Of a stretch of 64,000 nt of DNA, positions 47,005 through 60,237 are shown one piece after another. Origin of the DNA: a virus. The position numbers were made by a program, and so were the translations under genes. The stretch's first letter is position 1. Every line of letters begins with the position of its first letter. The stretch lies in IMG/VR virus record IMGVR_UViG_3300042691_051382. One strand, written 5' to 3'. The notes under the pieces are model-generated. The model worked only from the letters and a program-made list of their open reading frames with translations, did not search any database and was not told where the DNA came from.

Positions 47005-47492
47005 TGGTCATTCTCGATGTTTGTTGTGTTTTCCGGAAGCACCATCTTCTTTTGACGTATCATTTTCAACAAATCACTGGTGTTTCCAACGTAAATAGAA
47101 TTGTTTGTAACCGTATCGCCTTTTGTTTTGGTTTCTTCTTTGTTGATATCTTTGACTGTTTTGTGCAAATCCATCAAGCGATTGTTCGCATCCAAAGCGG
47201 TTTTTATCAAATCCGACACAACTTCGTATGCTCTTGGGCTGTCGCCTTCGTCGGCGACGTTTAAAATACCTTCGATTGCGATTTCGGAAGTTAGTATCAA
47301 TTTTTTTAAATTTTTGCGTACGGTATTATAATCTTCGTCGCTATCGGAATTTTTGGCTGTGGTTCCGGCTACAATCGGTTGTTCCGAAGTGTCTGCGGAC
47401 GCAACCAATTGTTTTGGTGTGTTTTCGGATGGATCGATATTTAAAACATCCGACAATTTTTGAGTCGCATCGCTTGATTCATCGTTTTGCAT
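47001..47492 (-). CDS. gp16: Terminase small subunit
   Basis: DYNTVRKNL, SPRAYEVV..LIK, NNSIYVGNTSDL. Confidence 0.93.
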   Translation of the reverse strand: MQNDESSDATQKLSDVLNIDPSENTPKQLVASADTSEQPIVAGTTAKNSDSDEDYNTVRKNLKKLILTSEIAIEGILNVADEGDSPRAYEVVSDLIKTALDANNRLMDLHKTVKDINKEETKTKGDTVTNNSIYVGNTSDLLKMIRQKKMVLPENTTNIENDQ

Positions 47493-47499
47493 AAAATTC

Positions 47500-48369
47500 T
47501 CATGTTAAACCTTCGGGAAATTCTACTATACGAGTGTACGTACCATCGCTCTTGCTGTAACTTGTGGTTCCGGGTGTTCCGGTGATTTGCAAAACGCCAA
47601 TCGATCCGGCTGTTGCGCCACCGGTAACACCAACCGTAACTGTAGCAAAAGTGCTTCCGGTGACTCCAAAATAAGGTATTTCGTAGCCGGTTGCGGTGGT
47701 TGTTGTTCCAGCCACAAACATTGTTTTGAAATCCACAAAATTGATGTCCGACTGAGTGATGACTTTGCTTTCAGTGACGGGTCCGTAAAGATTCACTTTT
47801 GCAACAAAAGAAATGGTTACGGTAAAACTTTTTCTTTCGTCAAAATTGCCTTCGTAATTTTCTGTAAAATTTATGTTTCCGATGCTGATAGGAACATCTG
47901 CCGATGCATCAAGCGGAAAATTTTTGAAAGTTATACAAAAATCCGGACCAAAATACGGCAAAATTTGTTCGATGATTTGAAGAGCTTCGTCGGTATTTTT
48001 TGTGACAATATGAAGCTGAAACGTTAAATTGTACGGTACTCGCTCGAATCTCGAATACATAGAACCTTCGGTTGGTGTGTACCCAACCGACTTGCGAGTT
48101 GTTGTGAGTTTTCTGGACGAATCGTAGCTTATGTTGGTAAGCTCAAACCCCATTCTGGGTCTGTAACTTTCAAAGTTTCTGATGAGTTCGGGTGTTTCTT
48201 GTTCAAGACGCACAATAAATTTTTGTTTGGGTCCATATGCAATTGGTACTTTGTAGCGTTCGAGTTCCGCGCCGTTCGCATCGAATTTCGCAACCCAAAC
48301 ATCATTAAATAGAGTTCCGAATCCGGAAACAACCATTTTTATGATATTGTGACGAAAATATTCGAGCAT
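47500..48369 (-). CDS. gp15: Tail sheath stabiliser/terminator with a GxT-rich C-terminal extension
   Basis: FGTLFND, VPIAYGPKQKF, PRMGFE, LQIIEQILPYF. Confidence 0.93.
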   Translation of the reverse strand: MLEYFRHNIIKMVVSGFGTLFNDVWVAKFDANGAELERYKVPIAYGPKQKFIVRLEQETPELIRNFESYRPRMGFELTNISYDSSRKLTTTRKSVGYTPTEGSMYSRFERVPYNLTFQLHIVTKNTDEALQIIEQILPYFGPDFCITFKNFPLDASADVPISIGNINFTENYEGNFDERKSFTVTISFVAKVNLYGPVTESKVITQSDINFVDFKTMFVAGTTTTATGYEIPYFGVTGSTFATVTVGVTGGATAGSIGVLQITGTPGTTSYSKSDGTYTRIVEFPEGLT

Positions 48370-49244
48370 TAGTAGTTTCCAAACGGATTTTGTATAGTAA
48401 AGTCTAAATCTGTATCGGCGCGAGTTTGAATATCTTTGTTGTCGTCGTAAGTGTCTTGCAACACTTTATCGTCAACCGAAGTCACAGTTCGATAGACCGT
48501 ACCGTTTGAACTTATCACATATCGTGTTTTGCTTGCGGTAGAAGCATACCACTTTCCAGTGATATTCTTGAGTGTCACCAGACTGCTGGTTGCAGCTTTG
48601 ACATATCCGGTGGCATCGGCACCCGACGCACCACCGCCAGTTGCACCATTTTTATATTGATACACCGTATCACCAACCGTAAACGACGAACCCGTACCGC
48701 TGTTTGCATTCACATTTAAATACAAACGAAATTGGATTTCTTCGGGTATAATGTCGATTTCGGGTTCTCCGGTGGTGAAAGTTTCTTCGTTGAATTGGAA
48801 CAACTCGACGCTCAATTTAAAAACGTAATTTTTTCCAAGTTGAAAAAATGGATTTTCGTGTTCTACATATTTGATTTCAAAAAATCCCTTTGTGAGAGGA
48901 AAATAAATGATGTCGCCTTCGAGTGGGCGCAACATTCCAGTTTCTTTTTGAAAACGCTTTTTACTCACAACAAAACTGGCACTATCTTTTATTTCCAAAC
49001 CAAACTTTCCAAGAGCATCGCCTCCTTGAAACGCATTAACATTTTCCATATACATTTCAATAGGTTTGTTGCTGCTGAAACGAGAAAGTGGATCTTCACC
49101 AAAAATACTGTCTTTGTTTACGATGGTTCTTGGCAAGTAAAAAACGTCAACACCGTGTATTTTAATAGTTTCAATCACAAGATCTTCGGTAAGATTTTGC
49201 TCGTTGCTTGCGCGAATGTTATTGAAATAATGGTTGGTTGACAT
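48369..49244 (-). CDS. gp14: Neck protein
   Basis: EQNL.EDLVIE.IKI.G.DVFYLPR, KFGLEI, RPLEGDIIYFP, FEIKYVEHENPFFQLGK. Confidence 0.93.
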   Translation of the reverse strand: MSTNHYFNNIRASNEQNLTEDLVIETIKIHGVDVFYLPRTIVNKDSIFGEDPLSRFSSNKPIEMYMENVNAFQGGDALGKFGLEIKDSASFVVSKKRFQKETGMLRPLEGDIIYFPLTKGFFEIKYVEHENPFFQLGKNYVFKLSVELFQFNEETFTTGEPEIDIIPEEIQFRLYLNVNANSGTGSSFTVGDTVYQYKNGATGGGASGADATGYVKAATSSLVTLKNITGKWYASTASKTRYVISSNGTVYRTVTSVDDKVLQDTYDDNKDIQTRADTDLDFTIQNPFGNY

Positions 49245-49285
49245 ATGTAATTATTTAGGTTTTTGGATCCACGGGATTGTCGGGT

Positions 49286-50122
49286 CTAGCCGACCAGAAA
49301 ATCGGGGGGTAATTCGAACTTACTTTGAACCGTATTTTCAATGTCTTGAATTTCTTTGATTGCATCGTTGAACAATTGAGTGCCGTTGAAAGTAACACCT
49401 CCAAGCATTTGAATTCCGCTGAACTTGCTAAGATTTGCACCCCATTGACGTTTGATCAATGCTGTGAGATATTTTTTCAACAACATGTCGTTGTATATTT
49501 CCGGAAAAACACGAGCATCCATCACACGATACGCTTCTATTACAATCCAATCGCCCACTTTCACATCGCGTTGCCATTTCATATCAATATACAATTTGTT
49601 GCTTCGACGCGAAAAGCGTATGGATTTTTCTGGCGACAACATTTGACGCAACAACGAAAGATACTGCTGAGTGACAGAATAGTGAATCAATTCGATCGTA
49701 CCAAATGTATAAAGATCGTTCAATGCATATTGATAACGAACGTCAAACATATTGATGGTGCCGGAAGAAAAATGAAAAACTTGCAAAACACTGGCAATCA
49801 ATTCTTCGATCGGAACACTTCCAGTTTGACCTGTTTCGGTCATGGTCATGCTGCTTTCGCTTTGACCGCTTTGTCCGGTTCCAGTAACAAACGTGTTGTT
49901 GGAAGTCAAGCTGATATATCCATTTTCAATGTCTTGCTGTTGAACTTGATATTTTAAATAAACTCGTTCAACGCCATCAAAATGGTATTCAGCGAAAAAT
50001 TGCAAAGCATCGTCAAGACGATCTTCCAGTTGATCTTCATCTACGTTAATTTCGATCACCGGATGACCGAGATTTCTCAAGCAGTAATCTATAAGTTGTT
50101 GACGTGTTTGCGGTCTTGCCAC
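49286..50122 (-). CDS. gp13: Neck protein
   Basis: LIDYCLRNLG.PVIEINV, ALIKRQWGANLSKF.G..MLGGVTFNG. Confidence 0.95.
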   Translation of the reverse strand: MARPQTRQQLIDYCLRNLGHPVIEINVDEDQLEDRLDDALQFFAEYHFDGVERVYLKYQVQQQDIENGYISLTSNNTFVTGTGQSGQSESSMTMTETGQTGSVPIEELIASVLQVFHFSSGTINMFDVRYQYALNDLYTFGTIELIHYSVTQQYLSLLRQMLSPEKSIRFSRRSNKLYIDMKWQRDVKVGDWIVIEAYRVMDARVFPEIYNDMLLKKYLTALIKRQWGANLSKFSGIQMLGGVTFNGTQLFNDAIKEIQDIENTVQSKFELPPDFLVG

Positions 50123-50125
50123 CGT

Positions 50126-50599
50126 TTATTCCTCCGGCTTGGGATATTTTTCTTTTATTTCTTTTCTGAGCTTTTGAAGATCTTTCACACCCGAATCTTC
50201 TTTGGATTGCTTTTCAATCAGATTCTGCCACATGGCAATCACCAATTCTTCAACGCTTGGATATTCGTTGCGGCGCAGTTCTTCGTGTGATTTTCTTTTG
50301 TTCAGTTCCGCTTCAACTGCTTGATTTATGGCAGCTTCTTGTTGTTGAATTATTTGTTGAAGTCTTAGAAAATCATTTATTCTTTTGAAGTAACGGTCGC
50401 CATCTTCCCAGATCTTGTGCTGCTGAATCATCGTCTTGGATGGCCCAGAAATGCTGTGCCTCAGAGACGGTTCGTAATAACGTTCGGTATAACCAACCGG
50501 CAAATCGGGATATGTTGGTTCGAGTGCTCGAAATTGTTCGACCGTAAGACGAGCTTGATTGTTTATGTTTACTATGTTTTCTTTTTGATGTAAAAACAT
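50126..50599 (-). CDS. Hypothetical protein (tail-fibre assembly-like C-terminus)
   Basis: RRNEYPSVEELVIAMW...IKEKYPK motif, commonly found next to phage fibre genes. Confidence 0.5.
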   Translation of the reverse strand: MFLHQKENIVNINNQARLTVEQFRALEPTYPDLPVGYTERYYEPSLRHSISGPSKTMIQQHKIWEDGDRYFKRINDFLRLQQIIQQQEAAINQAVEAELNKRKSHEELRRNEYPSVEELVIAMWQNLIEKQSKEDSGVKDLQKLRKEIKEKYPKPEE

Positions 50600-50601
50600 G
50601 A

Positions 50602-51219
50602 TTACTCCGGTAATCCACCCGGTGGAAAGTAAGTCAACACCGGATCGCCGCCGACTATTCGATTTCCAAGCGATGTGTCAACTTGAACCGTTCCTTCAAG
50701 ATCCACTCCGAGTGCTGTTGTGTTGGCTTGTTGTTTTTGTGCGGTTGCACCTACAAATACGGTGCTGTTTTTAAACACCGCAAAATTGCCGCTGGTCAAC
50801 GAACCGGTTCCACCTGCGTATCCTGTGACCGACGATTCGAAAAAACTTCCAATCGAAGCATCCGAAATGTAAAGTCCATACGCCTGACCCGTATAAGAAC
50901 CGTAAACACCACCTTCTATTTGAGATTTATTTAAATTGAATGTAGAAGCGTTTGAGCTTACGATTCCGTATCTTGTGTCAACTATTTTCGCATTTGACAC
51001 ATCAATATGACTTGTTTCAATTTGAAATCCACGAACGCAAGATATAACTTCGAACGAGCTTGCGGTGGATCCCGAAACTCCTTGACCGATAAGTTGGCTG
51101 TTGTTTCTGACTGTAAAACCAGAAACACTGGCATCTTTTACTAAAACCTTGTCGGTAAATCGTACAGTGCTTCTGCCTTCAGCATACACACCCGTTTTAC
51201 AATTGTTAAAATTTGGCAT
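50602..51219 (-). CDS. Beta-helix repeat protein (continuation of the fibre beta-helix)
   Basis: Repeats such as NNCKTGVYA, SCVRGFQI, DTRYGIVS; in frame with the upstream fibre ORF. Confidence 0.6.
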   Translation of the reverse strand: MPNFNNCKTGVYAEGRSTVRFTDKVLVKDASVSGFTVRNNSQLIGQGVSGSTASSFEVISCVRGFQIETSHIDVSNAKIVDTRYGIVSSNASTFNLNKSQIEGGVYGSYTGQAYGLYISDASIGSFFESSVTGYAGGTGSLTSGNFAVFKNSTVFVGATAQKQQANTTALGVDLEGTVQVDTSLGNRIVGGDPVLTYFPPGGLPE

Positions 51220-51228
51220 TTTTAAACC

Positions 51229-53793
<2,565 letters not shown>

Positions 53794-53803
53794 CTTTGTT
53801 TCC

Positions 53804-54931
53804 TTAACCTTCGCCGTTCATAAGTGCTTCTACCGCAAACTTATGATTGGCTTCGATGCGTTGTCTTTGATCTTCTGGGAATTTCTTTTCACCAAGCAAG
53901 CGATCACCAACAAGTTTTGCTTCTTTGTGGTGTCCACTCCAATATGCAGCAATGCAGAATTCATCAAGAATGCTCCACTCGTATATTGGTTGACTCACAA
54001 ACAAAGCTCCTTCTGGCATGCGAAGCTTGAGAGCTTGTTTCGCAAAAATATAAGCTTGATCAAATCGACAGAACATTCTGCAAATGCGAGCAGCAGCCCA
54101 AAGTGATTCGGCACGCCAAGGATTGATTTGATATGCTTGAAAATAAACTTTGATGATATCATCGATTGGATGATTCAAAATTTCTTTGATACGACCTACT
54201 TGAAACAAGCTGTAGAAAACTTCTTCGTTCCATCCACCCAGTTCAGCACGCTTGAGATAAGCGTCATGAGCTTTTTGCCACTGTTGGCTGTCGCGATACG
54301 ATTGAGCAAGATAAAAGTGATAACGATTAAAATCTTTTTCATCGACTGGACCTTTAAGGGCTTCTTCGAAAGTTTCAGCATCGCGACCATATTTATCGGG
54401 AGTCTTGCTGCGTGCTCCGTCTTGAATTGGTCGGTTCAAGATACCTTTTGCAAAATCGCGCGATTCGATAGGATCATGGCAATCAACATATTCATGCAAA
54501 ACGCCTCGATAGTAAAAACGCTTGCGGTTTGCTGTCAGCTGGGGACGGTGATACTTGATACCGCCATAAAAAGCAAACACGTTGTAAAGATCGGTGGTGA
54601 GATTGTCTTTGAAACTTTCTGGATCAAAATTACCATCATATTCCATGATTTCATCTGCATCGATCATGATCGTGTAATCGCCCATTGGTCTAGCAGCTTC
54701 GAGAGCTTCGCTTCGACTTTCGCCGAAACCTTTCCATGTGCTTTGCACAAGCTTTCCTTGAATACCAACATTCTCAAAAAACTTTTCAATTTTTTCTTGA
54801 GTTCCATCGGTGCTGCCGGTATCGACGATGCACCAAGTGTCAATCAAAGGAAGCATCGAAGCCAAACAGCGTTCAATCACATGCGCTTCATTTTTGACAA
54901 TCATCGACAATACCAATTTATTCTTAGCCAT
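53804..54931 (-). CDS. GT2 glycosyltransferase with TPR repeats
   Basis: [42 protein letters not shown], then TPR-like helices. Confidence 0.9.
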   Translation of the reverse strand: MAKNKLVLSMIVKNEAHVIERCLASMLPLIDTWCIVDTGSTDGTQEKIEKFFENVGIQGKLVQSTWKGFGESRSEALEAARPMGDYTIMIDADEIMEYDGNFDPESFKDNLTTDLYNVFAFYGGIKYHRPQLTANRKRFYYRGVLHEYVDCHDPIESRDFAKGILNRPIQDGARSKTPDKYGRDAETFEEALKGPVDEKDFNRYHFYLAQSYRDSQQWQKAHDAYLKRAELGGWNEEVFYSLFQVGRIKEILNHPIDDIIKVYFQAYQINPWRAESLWAAARICRMFCRFDQAYIFAKQALKLRMPEGALFVSQPIYEWSILDEFCIAAYWSGHHKEAKLVGDRLLGEKKFPEDQRQRIEANHKFAVEALMNGEG

Positions 54932-54947
54932 TATAACCCTTTCATAA

Positions 54948-55193
54948 TTAAGAAGATCTGCTGTTATTTATTAGAATTTTCAACATGTCTTTTATATCGT
55001 TCACGTTGTTTTCTAATTTTTCAATGCGTTCGTTAATATCACCAATTCGAGATATATTTAGTTCCCTTTTTTGAGCCTCTAAAAAAGCTTTCTTTTGTGC
55101 CAAGCTTGTTGCGACGATAGCATTGCTGCTGGTGTCACGAACAAGACCCGGTTCGTTTTCAACTTTCAAATATTTTGGTCCGATTGGGTTCAT
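54948..55193 (-). CDS. Conserved T4-like hypothetical protein
   Basis: KVE...LVRD..SNAI...I..LE..V.DIK.ML pattern, following the VrlC-like gene. Confidence 0.7.
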   Translation of the reverse strand: MNPIGPKYLKVENEPGLVRDTSSNAIVATSLAQKKAFLEAQKRELNISRIGDINERIEKLENNVNDIKDMLKILINNSRSS

Positions 55194-58100
55194 GTTGCGA
55201 TCACCTTGAAACCTTTGAACGATGGAACAACCGTGTTTGTGTAATCACCATACATTACGACTTTAACTTGGAATTTTCTGAATTCTTCTTGTCCAGTTAC
55301 ACCCGATGTTCTAGAGGTAGCAGTACCACCTCTTGTAAATCTTAAATCAACATAATCATCCTCTCCAACGGACAGATATTGAGATGTAACGCCGTAAGAA
55401 GTTGCATAAGAGGGATGAATTGTTAATTTTTCATATGGTATATCTTCGAATCGAGTGTTGTCGGTTTTAGCTTGAGATTTCAAGTAAACGCCAATATCGC
55501 TTCCGCGTGGCAATCTTGCAGTGAGATATACGTCGATATTGGTGGACTCGAATCCGTCTTGAAGATTTATTTGACGACTGATATAACGCATAGGCGAAAC
55601 TTCGCCACTTGTGATACCAGCGACCGAAGGTAAAGATTCGTATGTTTCTTGTGTAGCTTGGTCGTTAAAGTTCAAAATCAAATTCTGGACATACAAACCG
55701 CTAACACGTTGAAGATCAAGAGCTGGTGTTACAGAATTGTTGTCGGTGAAAAGATTTATTGCGGCTGTTATTGTATCGGTACCTACGTTCTTAATATCTT
55801 TCTTAGACGCAAAAATTAAATTCTCATTTTGAAGAATGCTGATAGGACCTTGAGCGTCGCCTTCAAAATCTACAGTTGCCGATACATTTGTTGATGGTGG
55901 TGCGATGTATGTTGAGTTGAGACGGAACAGATTTGCACCGTTGCTCAATCCTGGAGATCCAGAATCAAAATTCGTTTCGGTGAAATTGAAATAAACTGTA
56001 CCACCGGAAGTATTAAACACACACTTGTGTATTGTAAATTTCAAATCGAGAAGTTGTTCGGCAGTCCATGTGCTCGAGTTTTGCGATTTGAAGAAAGAGC
56101 CACCATACGGCTGAGTAGCGATAATTTCATCGGTTATGGTGTCGTTTTGACCGACTTCGCTAACGAATACTTCATATTCGTTGCTGTTGCTCAAAAGAAC
56201 CATGGAATATTCGCCGGGTTGCAAATAAATCGGACTGTCAAACTGGAAAGTGGTTGAAGAACTACCATCTTCAGAAATATTAACATCCGATGGTAATTTT
56301 ATAACCTCGCTGAACGGAATGATTATTCCCGAGCTTGGATAACCGTTTACTGCGGGTCTCAACTGCAAAGTTATTGGAAGATTCGAAGACTTGGTTTTGA
56401 AGAACACATCAACTTTGCTTATGTACAAACCATTTGGATTTGCAACAGGATCCACAAGGAATGTTTGAGCAACAGGATCCACATACTCTGAGCGTGTGTC
56501 TGTAACTATCGTGTTGTTGAATATTCTGTCTTCGGTTACAGATTCTCTTCTGATAACCAGATTTCTTGTGGAAAGAATAGTATTTTCTTCGGTCTGTACC
56601 AAACCCTGTGCGCGGAAAGAATCTTCGGCAGTGGTTGTACAATTGGAAAGTATATTCGAAGAGTCGTCGATCAATCGCAACAGACGATCGCCGGTTCGGA
56701 AAGTCGCAGAGGGTACACCAAATGTGATTCCTTGAGAATATCCAACTCTTCCGTTAACGTCAGTGATTATTGAACCACCGGTAACACCATCAACGCGTAC
56801 GTACTGTGATATATCTTGATTATCGAAGAACGGGTATACTCTAACATTCGGGCGCATACCGTCAGCTTTTACGTTGATGTCGATGCTGCGCATAAATGGT
56901 ACAATACTCACATCTACGATTCGACTGCCGATATTTCGTGTGGTGGTTTCTGGTACCAATCGCGTACGAATACCGGTTCTCGATTGAGCAGATTCTTGTG
57001 TTGCTTCCAAACCATAGTCTACACGTTGAACCTTTTTGTTTTTTGTGCCGGGTTTAATAACGCTATGTGGTGGTGTTCTGCCAATTTCACGCCAAACACC
57101 GGTTGCAACTGGCGTTCCGGTCCAAGTGGTTTCCCAGTTGTTCCACACAGTTCCAAAGTCAACTTCCGCTAAATCTCCAACGCCATCGTTCTGACCGTTA
57201 ACGTTCACAACAACGTCCGGAAGTGTTTGCGTATCGATCCAGTCGTCCGACTGAGGAATCATCGTCAAACGTCCATTGAAGTTTGTCACATCAAATGGAT
57301 TGACGTTGATAGATTTTGAAGCAAATCGTTGCTGTATGAAAACATCGGTTGTGTAGTTGCAAGTAAGCAAACCGTTTGTGTTGAATGTCAATCCCGAAGG
57401 AATGCTGCCGCTCAATCCAAAATCCACATACTTTGTGGTGAAGCGTGGTCTGGCTTCCAAGCGAACAGGATCAATTGCACAAAGATGATCTCGATTCAAA
57501 TAATCTGAATTGGTTCTTGAATCAAAATTATCTACAAATATACCGTTTTTAAATTTATTGAGACCGTTTTGATCTTGAATTTCTAAAGTTTTGGCTTCTT
57601 TTTCAGCCAAGCTTAAGGTAGTATAATATTCCAAACGATCGATTCTCTTTTCGAGAGAACCAATATCGCGCATTGTGTATCTGCGATTCTTGACGATAAA
57701 TTTGGTTGTGTCTAAGTTAGATTTAGTGTACGGAAGGAACGTTATAGATGCCAAAGTCATAGCATCCGATATGTCTTGTGGTTCTGGTGCTTGATCGTTA
57801 GCAGATATTCCTTGCACAATTCTGAATTCTTTATCGCGTGTAAGTACAATCTTGTCGGTTCTTGGTTGATAGTAACTCCAAGCGATATCAAAAGAATTGC
57901 CAATTAGGTTGCAACCACCTGTCGCACCATAATCTTGAGGATACGATGTGATACCAAAAGAAGATGGTGTTATGCGATCGGGGCGTGCATCCAAACACCC
58001 ACCAAGAGAAATGACTTTTCTTGAACCGGTTTCTTCAACATAAATTGGTATTTCTTTGTATGCTGCACCGGTTCCGCTGACCATTGTTGATGGATCACCG

Positions 58101-60226
58101 TACGAATTGAGCAAATAAGGAGCAGATGATGCTGGGTGGTTGTAGCGTTTGAAAGTTACGCTAACACCAGTGACACCAGCAGAGAAATAATTTTTCTTCA
58201 AAACTATTCTCGACCAATCGTAGATACTATCGCGTTGACCGGTATCAAGAGTAAAGTAATCGGTCATCGAGAAAGAGCTACCACCAGTGTTTCCGGTGAT
58301 GGATACCACTTCGTACGCATCAACTTTACCATTTAAATACGCATATTTTTCGTATGAATTGGCGACCATCGAAACGTTTATACTTTCAGTCACAGAAGTT
58401 TTGGTTCTGAAGAATGGATTGTTGGTGCTGCTTTCGGAAATATCCATGTTGACGAAAACAACAGCTGTTCCACCCGAACCCGCAGTTATGCTGAAACTTT
58501 GTGCGCCAAAAGCACCGCTCAAATACAAACTTACAGGATTGCCGGTCAAACTGAATGCCTTTACGTCGTTGAACGAAGTAAAGTCCATCCAACTTCCGCT
58601 TGAAAACTCGGTACCAGCATCAAAATCAGTTACACTTACTGTTGTCGGTGAAGATGTGCTCAAATTAAACTGTGCAGATCTTTGAATATTGATACCATGA
58701 GAAATGATTTGTCGAACAGCATAACTGGAAATATCGTTTGATAATGGAAACACCAAACTGGAATAGCTAGCGTCGGTCACATTAAGATTACCGCCAGAGA
58801 AATTAAACACATGTTGATCGCTAGCTGTATATCCAGGAAGGAACATTCTTTGTGCTGCAGATGCGGTATATCCCGAATCCATCGAAATATCATAAAGGTG
58901 CAACTTGGTTCCAGAGTATTCAACAGCATCAAATTTACCCAAACGAGCCGTGCCTACGCGAGAAAAAGAACCAGTTGCTCCAGAACTTAAATAAAACAAC
59001 GGAGAACCATTAAAATCAATCAAATTAAATATGTTAGCAGTTAAACTCGAGTTGGTAGTAACGTTTACGGTATTTCCAATAACAAACGGAACTTGTTGTT
59101 CGGAATCTAATGTTTTTATGTTTCTAGCTTTGTCGGCAGTCAAAGATTTAGTGGCTTGATTTATAAATTCATAACCAAAAATGTATGCTTTACCTTTACC
59201 GATGTTGATTTTTAATTGGCTTTCATAAGCATCTGCAGTTATCTCGGAAATTGATATCTGAAAATCTTCTACGGTATAGTTACCGGATTCGTCGTATGTT
59301 CTTCGAGCCAATGTATCGGCTAAAACATTATATTCCGGATAATTTGTTTTGTAGGTAACTTCATCGTTTTCAATTTTCAGCAATTGATAATCGGCTGTTG
59401 ATGAAAGTGGTGCGTGGTTCAAATCCAAGTCCAAACGATAACGGTCCGCGCCTGGTGCAGCATAGTTGTAAGAACCAAAAGCAGGATCGTTCAATGATGT
59501 ATCGTCTGTTGCCGTTACAATAGTATTTGTAACATCAAATTTTACAACCGAATTAAGATTATTAAATTTTCTATACGAGTTGGCGGTTGAAGTGCCAGTT
59601 ATTGTGTAAGGAGTGGTTTTTTGCTTGTCGTGATTTACAAAATAACCTTTTATATATCTAATACCAGCATCAATACCAACAAGTTTTGCATCACCGAATG
59701 CTGGTAAAGAATTTGGTGCACCACTGTATAAGTTATAAGTTGAAGTACCACCTGTAATTGTTGCGGTGATAGTTGTGCCTTCATAAACCGCACTGATTGT
59801 GTCACCAAGATCAAAACCTGTAGCACCAAAAAGATATTCGCTGAAAAATAATAAAGATGAAGTGTCTTTATTTGATCCACTCAATCCAGCAAGTGTATCA
59901 ATAATTCTGATTGTGTTTTTACCGGAAACGGTGGCGGTCAATCCATCAAAATCTGAAACAGAAACTCCGGCATATCCAGTTAAAGAATCGATACGAACAA
60001 ACTGAGCGTCATTTACAACAACTTGACTTTCGCTGACGATACTGCCGTCTTTAAATATGTGATCGCCAAATCTTTTTATTTGATTTTGAAGGATTGTTTG
60101 TGATTGTGTGAGTTCTCTAGCTTGAACAGCGTAACCAGGCTTGTACAAAACTCTCAAAAACTTCTTGTTGTCGTCGTAATCGTCATAATAAGGATCAACA
60201 TTGAATACTTCTGGATCGTAAGCCAT
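55190..60226 (-). CDS. Large virion structural protein (VrlC / DUF4815-like)
   Basis: PYYDDYD..K.F.RVL.KPG.AVQARELTQ, LARRTYDESGNY, RRYTMRDIG.LEKRI..LEYYT, FKNGIFVDNF. Confidence 0.88.
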   Translation of the reverse strand: MAYDPEVFNVDPYYDDYDDNKKFLRVLYKPGYAVQARELTQSQTILQNQIKRFGDHIFKDGSIVSESQVVVNDAQFVRIDSLTGYAGVSVSDFDGLTATVSGKNTIRIIDTLAGLSGSNKDTSSLLFFSEYLFGATGFDLGDTISAVYEGTTITATITGGTSTYNLYSGAPNSLPAFGDAKLVGIDAGIRYIKGYFVNHDKQKTTPYTITGTSTANSYRKFNNLNSVVKFDVTNTIVTATDDTSLNDPAFGSYNYAAPGADRYRLDLDLNHAPLSSTADYQLLKIENDEVTYKTNYPEYNVLADTLARRTYDESGNYTVEDFQISISEITADAYESQLKINIGKGKAYIFGYEFINQATKSLTADKARNIKTLDSEQQVPFVIGNTVNVTTNSSLTANIFNLIDFNGSPLFYLSSGATGSFSRVGTARLGKFDAVEYSGTKLHLYDISMDSGYTASAAQRMFLPGYTASDQHVFNFSGGNLNVTDASYSSLVFPLSNDISSYAVRQIISHGINIQRSAQFNLSTSSPTTVSVTDFDAGTEFSSGSWMDFTSFNDVKAFSLTGNPVSLYLSGAFGAQSFSITAGSGGTAVVFVNMDISESSTNNPFFRTKTSVTESINVSMVANSYEKYAYLNGKVDAYEVVSITGNTGGSSFSMTDYFTLDTGQRDSIYDWSRIVLKKNYFSAGVTGVSVTFKRYNHPASSAPYLLNSYGDPSTMVSGTGAAYKEIPIYVEETGSRKVISLGGCLDARPDRITPSSFGITSYPQDYGATGGCNLIGNSFDIAWSYYQPRTDKIVLTRDKEFRIVQGISANDQAPEPQDISDAMTLASITFLPYTKSNLDTTKFIVKNRRYTMRDIGSLEKRIDRLEYYTTLSLAEKEAKTLEIQDQNGLNKFKNGIFVDNFDSRTNSDYLNRDHLCAIDPVRLEARPRFTTKYVDFGLSGSIPSGLTFNTNGLLTCNYTTDVFIQQRFASKSINVNPFDVTNFNGRLTMIPQSDDWIDTQTLPDVVVNVNGQNDGVGDLAEVDFGTVWNNWETTWTGTPVATGVWREIGRTPPHSVIKPGTKNKKVQRVDYGLEATQESAQSRTGIRTRLVPETTTRNIGSRIVDVSIVPFMRSIDINVKADGMRPNVRVYPFFDNQDISQYVRVDGVTGGSIITDVNGRVGYSQGITFGVPSATFRTGDRLLRLIDDSSNILSNCTTTAEDSFRAQGLVQTEENTILSTRNLVIRRESVTEDRIFNNTIVTDTRSEYVDPVAQTFLVDPVANPNGLYISKVDVFFKTKSSNLPITLQLRPAVNGYPSSGIIIPFSEVIKLPSDVNISEDGSSSTTFQFDSPIYLQPGEYSMVLLSNSNEYEVFVSEVGQNDTITDEIIATQPYGGSFFKSQNSSTWTAEQLLDLKFTIHKCVFNTSGGTVYFNFTETNFDSGSPGLSNGANLFRLNSTYIAPPSTNVSATVDFEGDAQGPISILQNENLIFASKKDIKNVGTDTITAAINLFTDNNSVTPALDLQRVSGLYVQNLILNFNDQATQETYESLPSVAGITSGEVSPMRYISRQINLQDGFESTNIDVYLTARLPRGSDIGVYLKSQAKTDNTRFEDIPYEKLTIHPSYATSYGVTSQYLSVGEDDYVDLRFTRGGTATSRTSGVTGQEEFRKFQVKVVMYGDYTNTVVPSFKGFKVIAT

Positions 60227-60237
60227 CTATTTCTCCC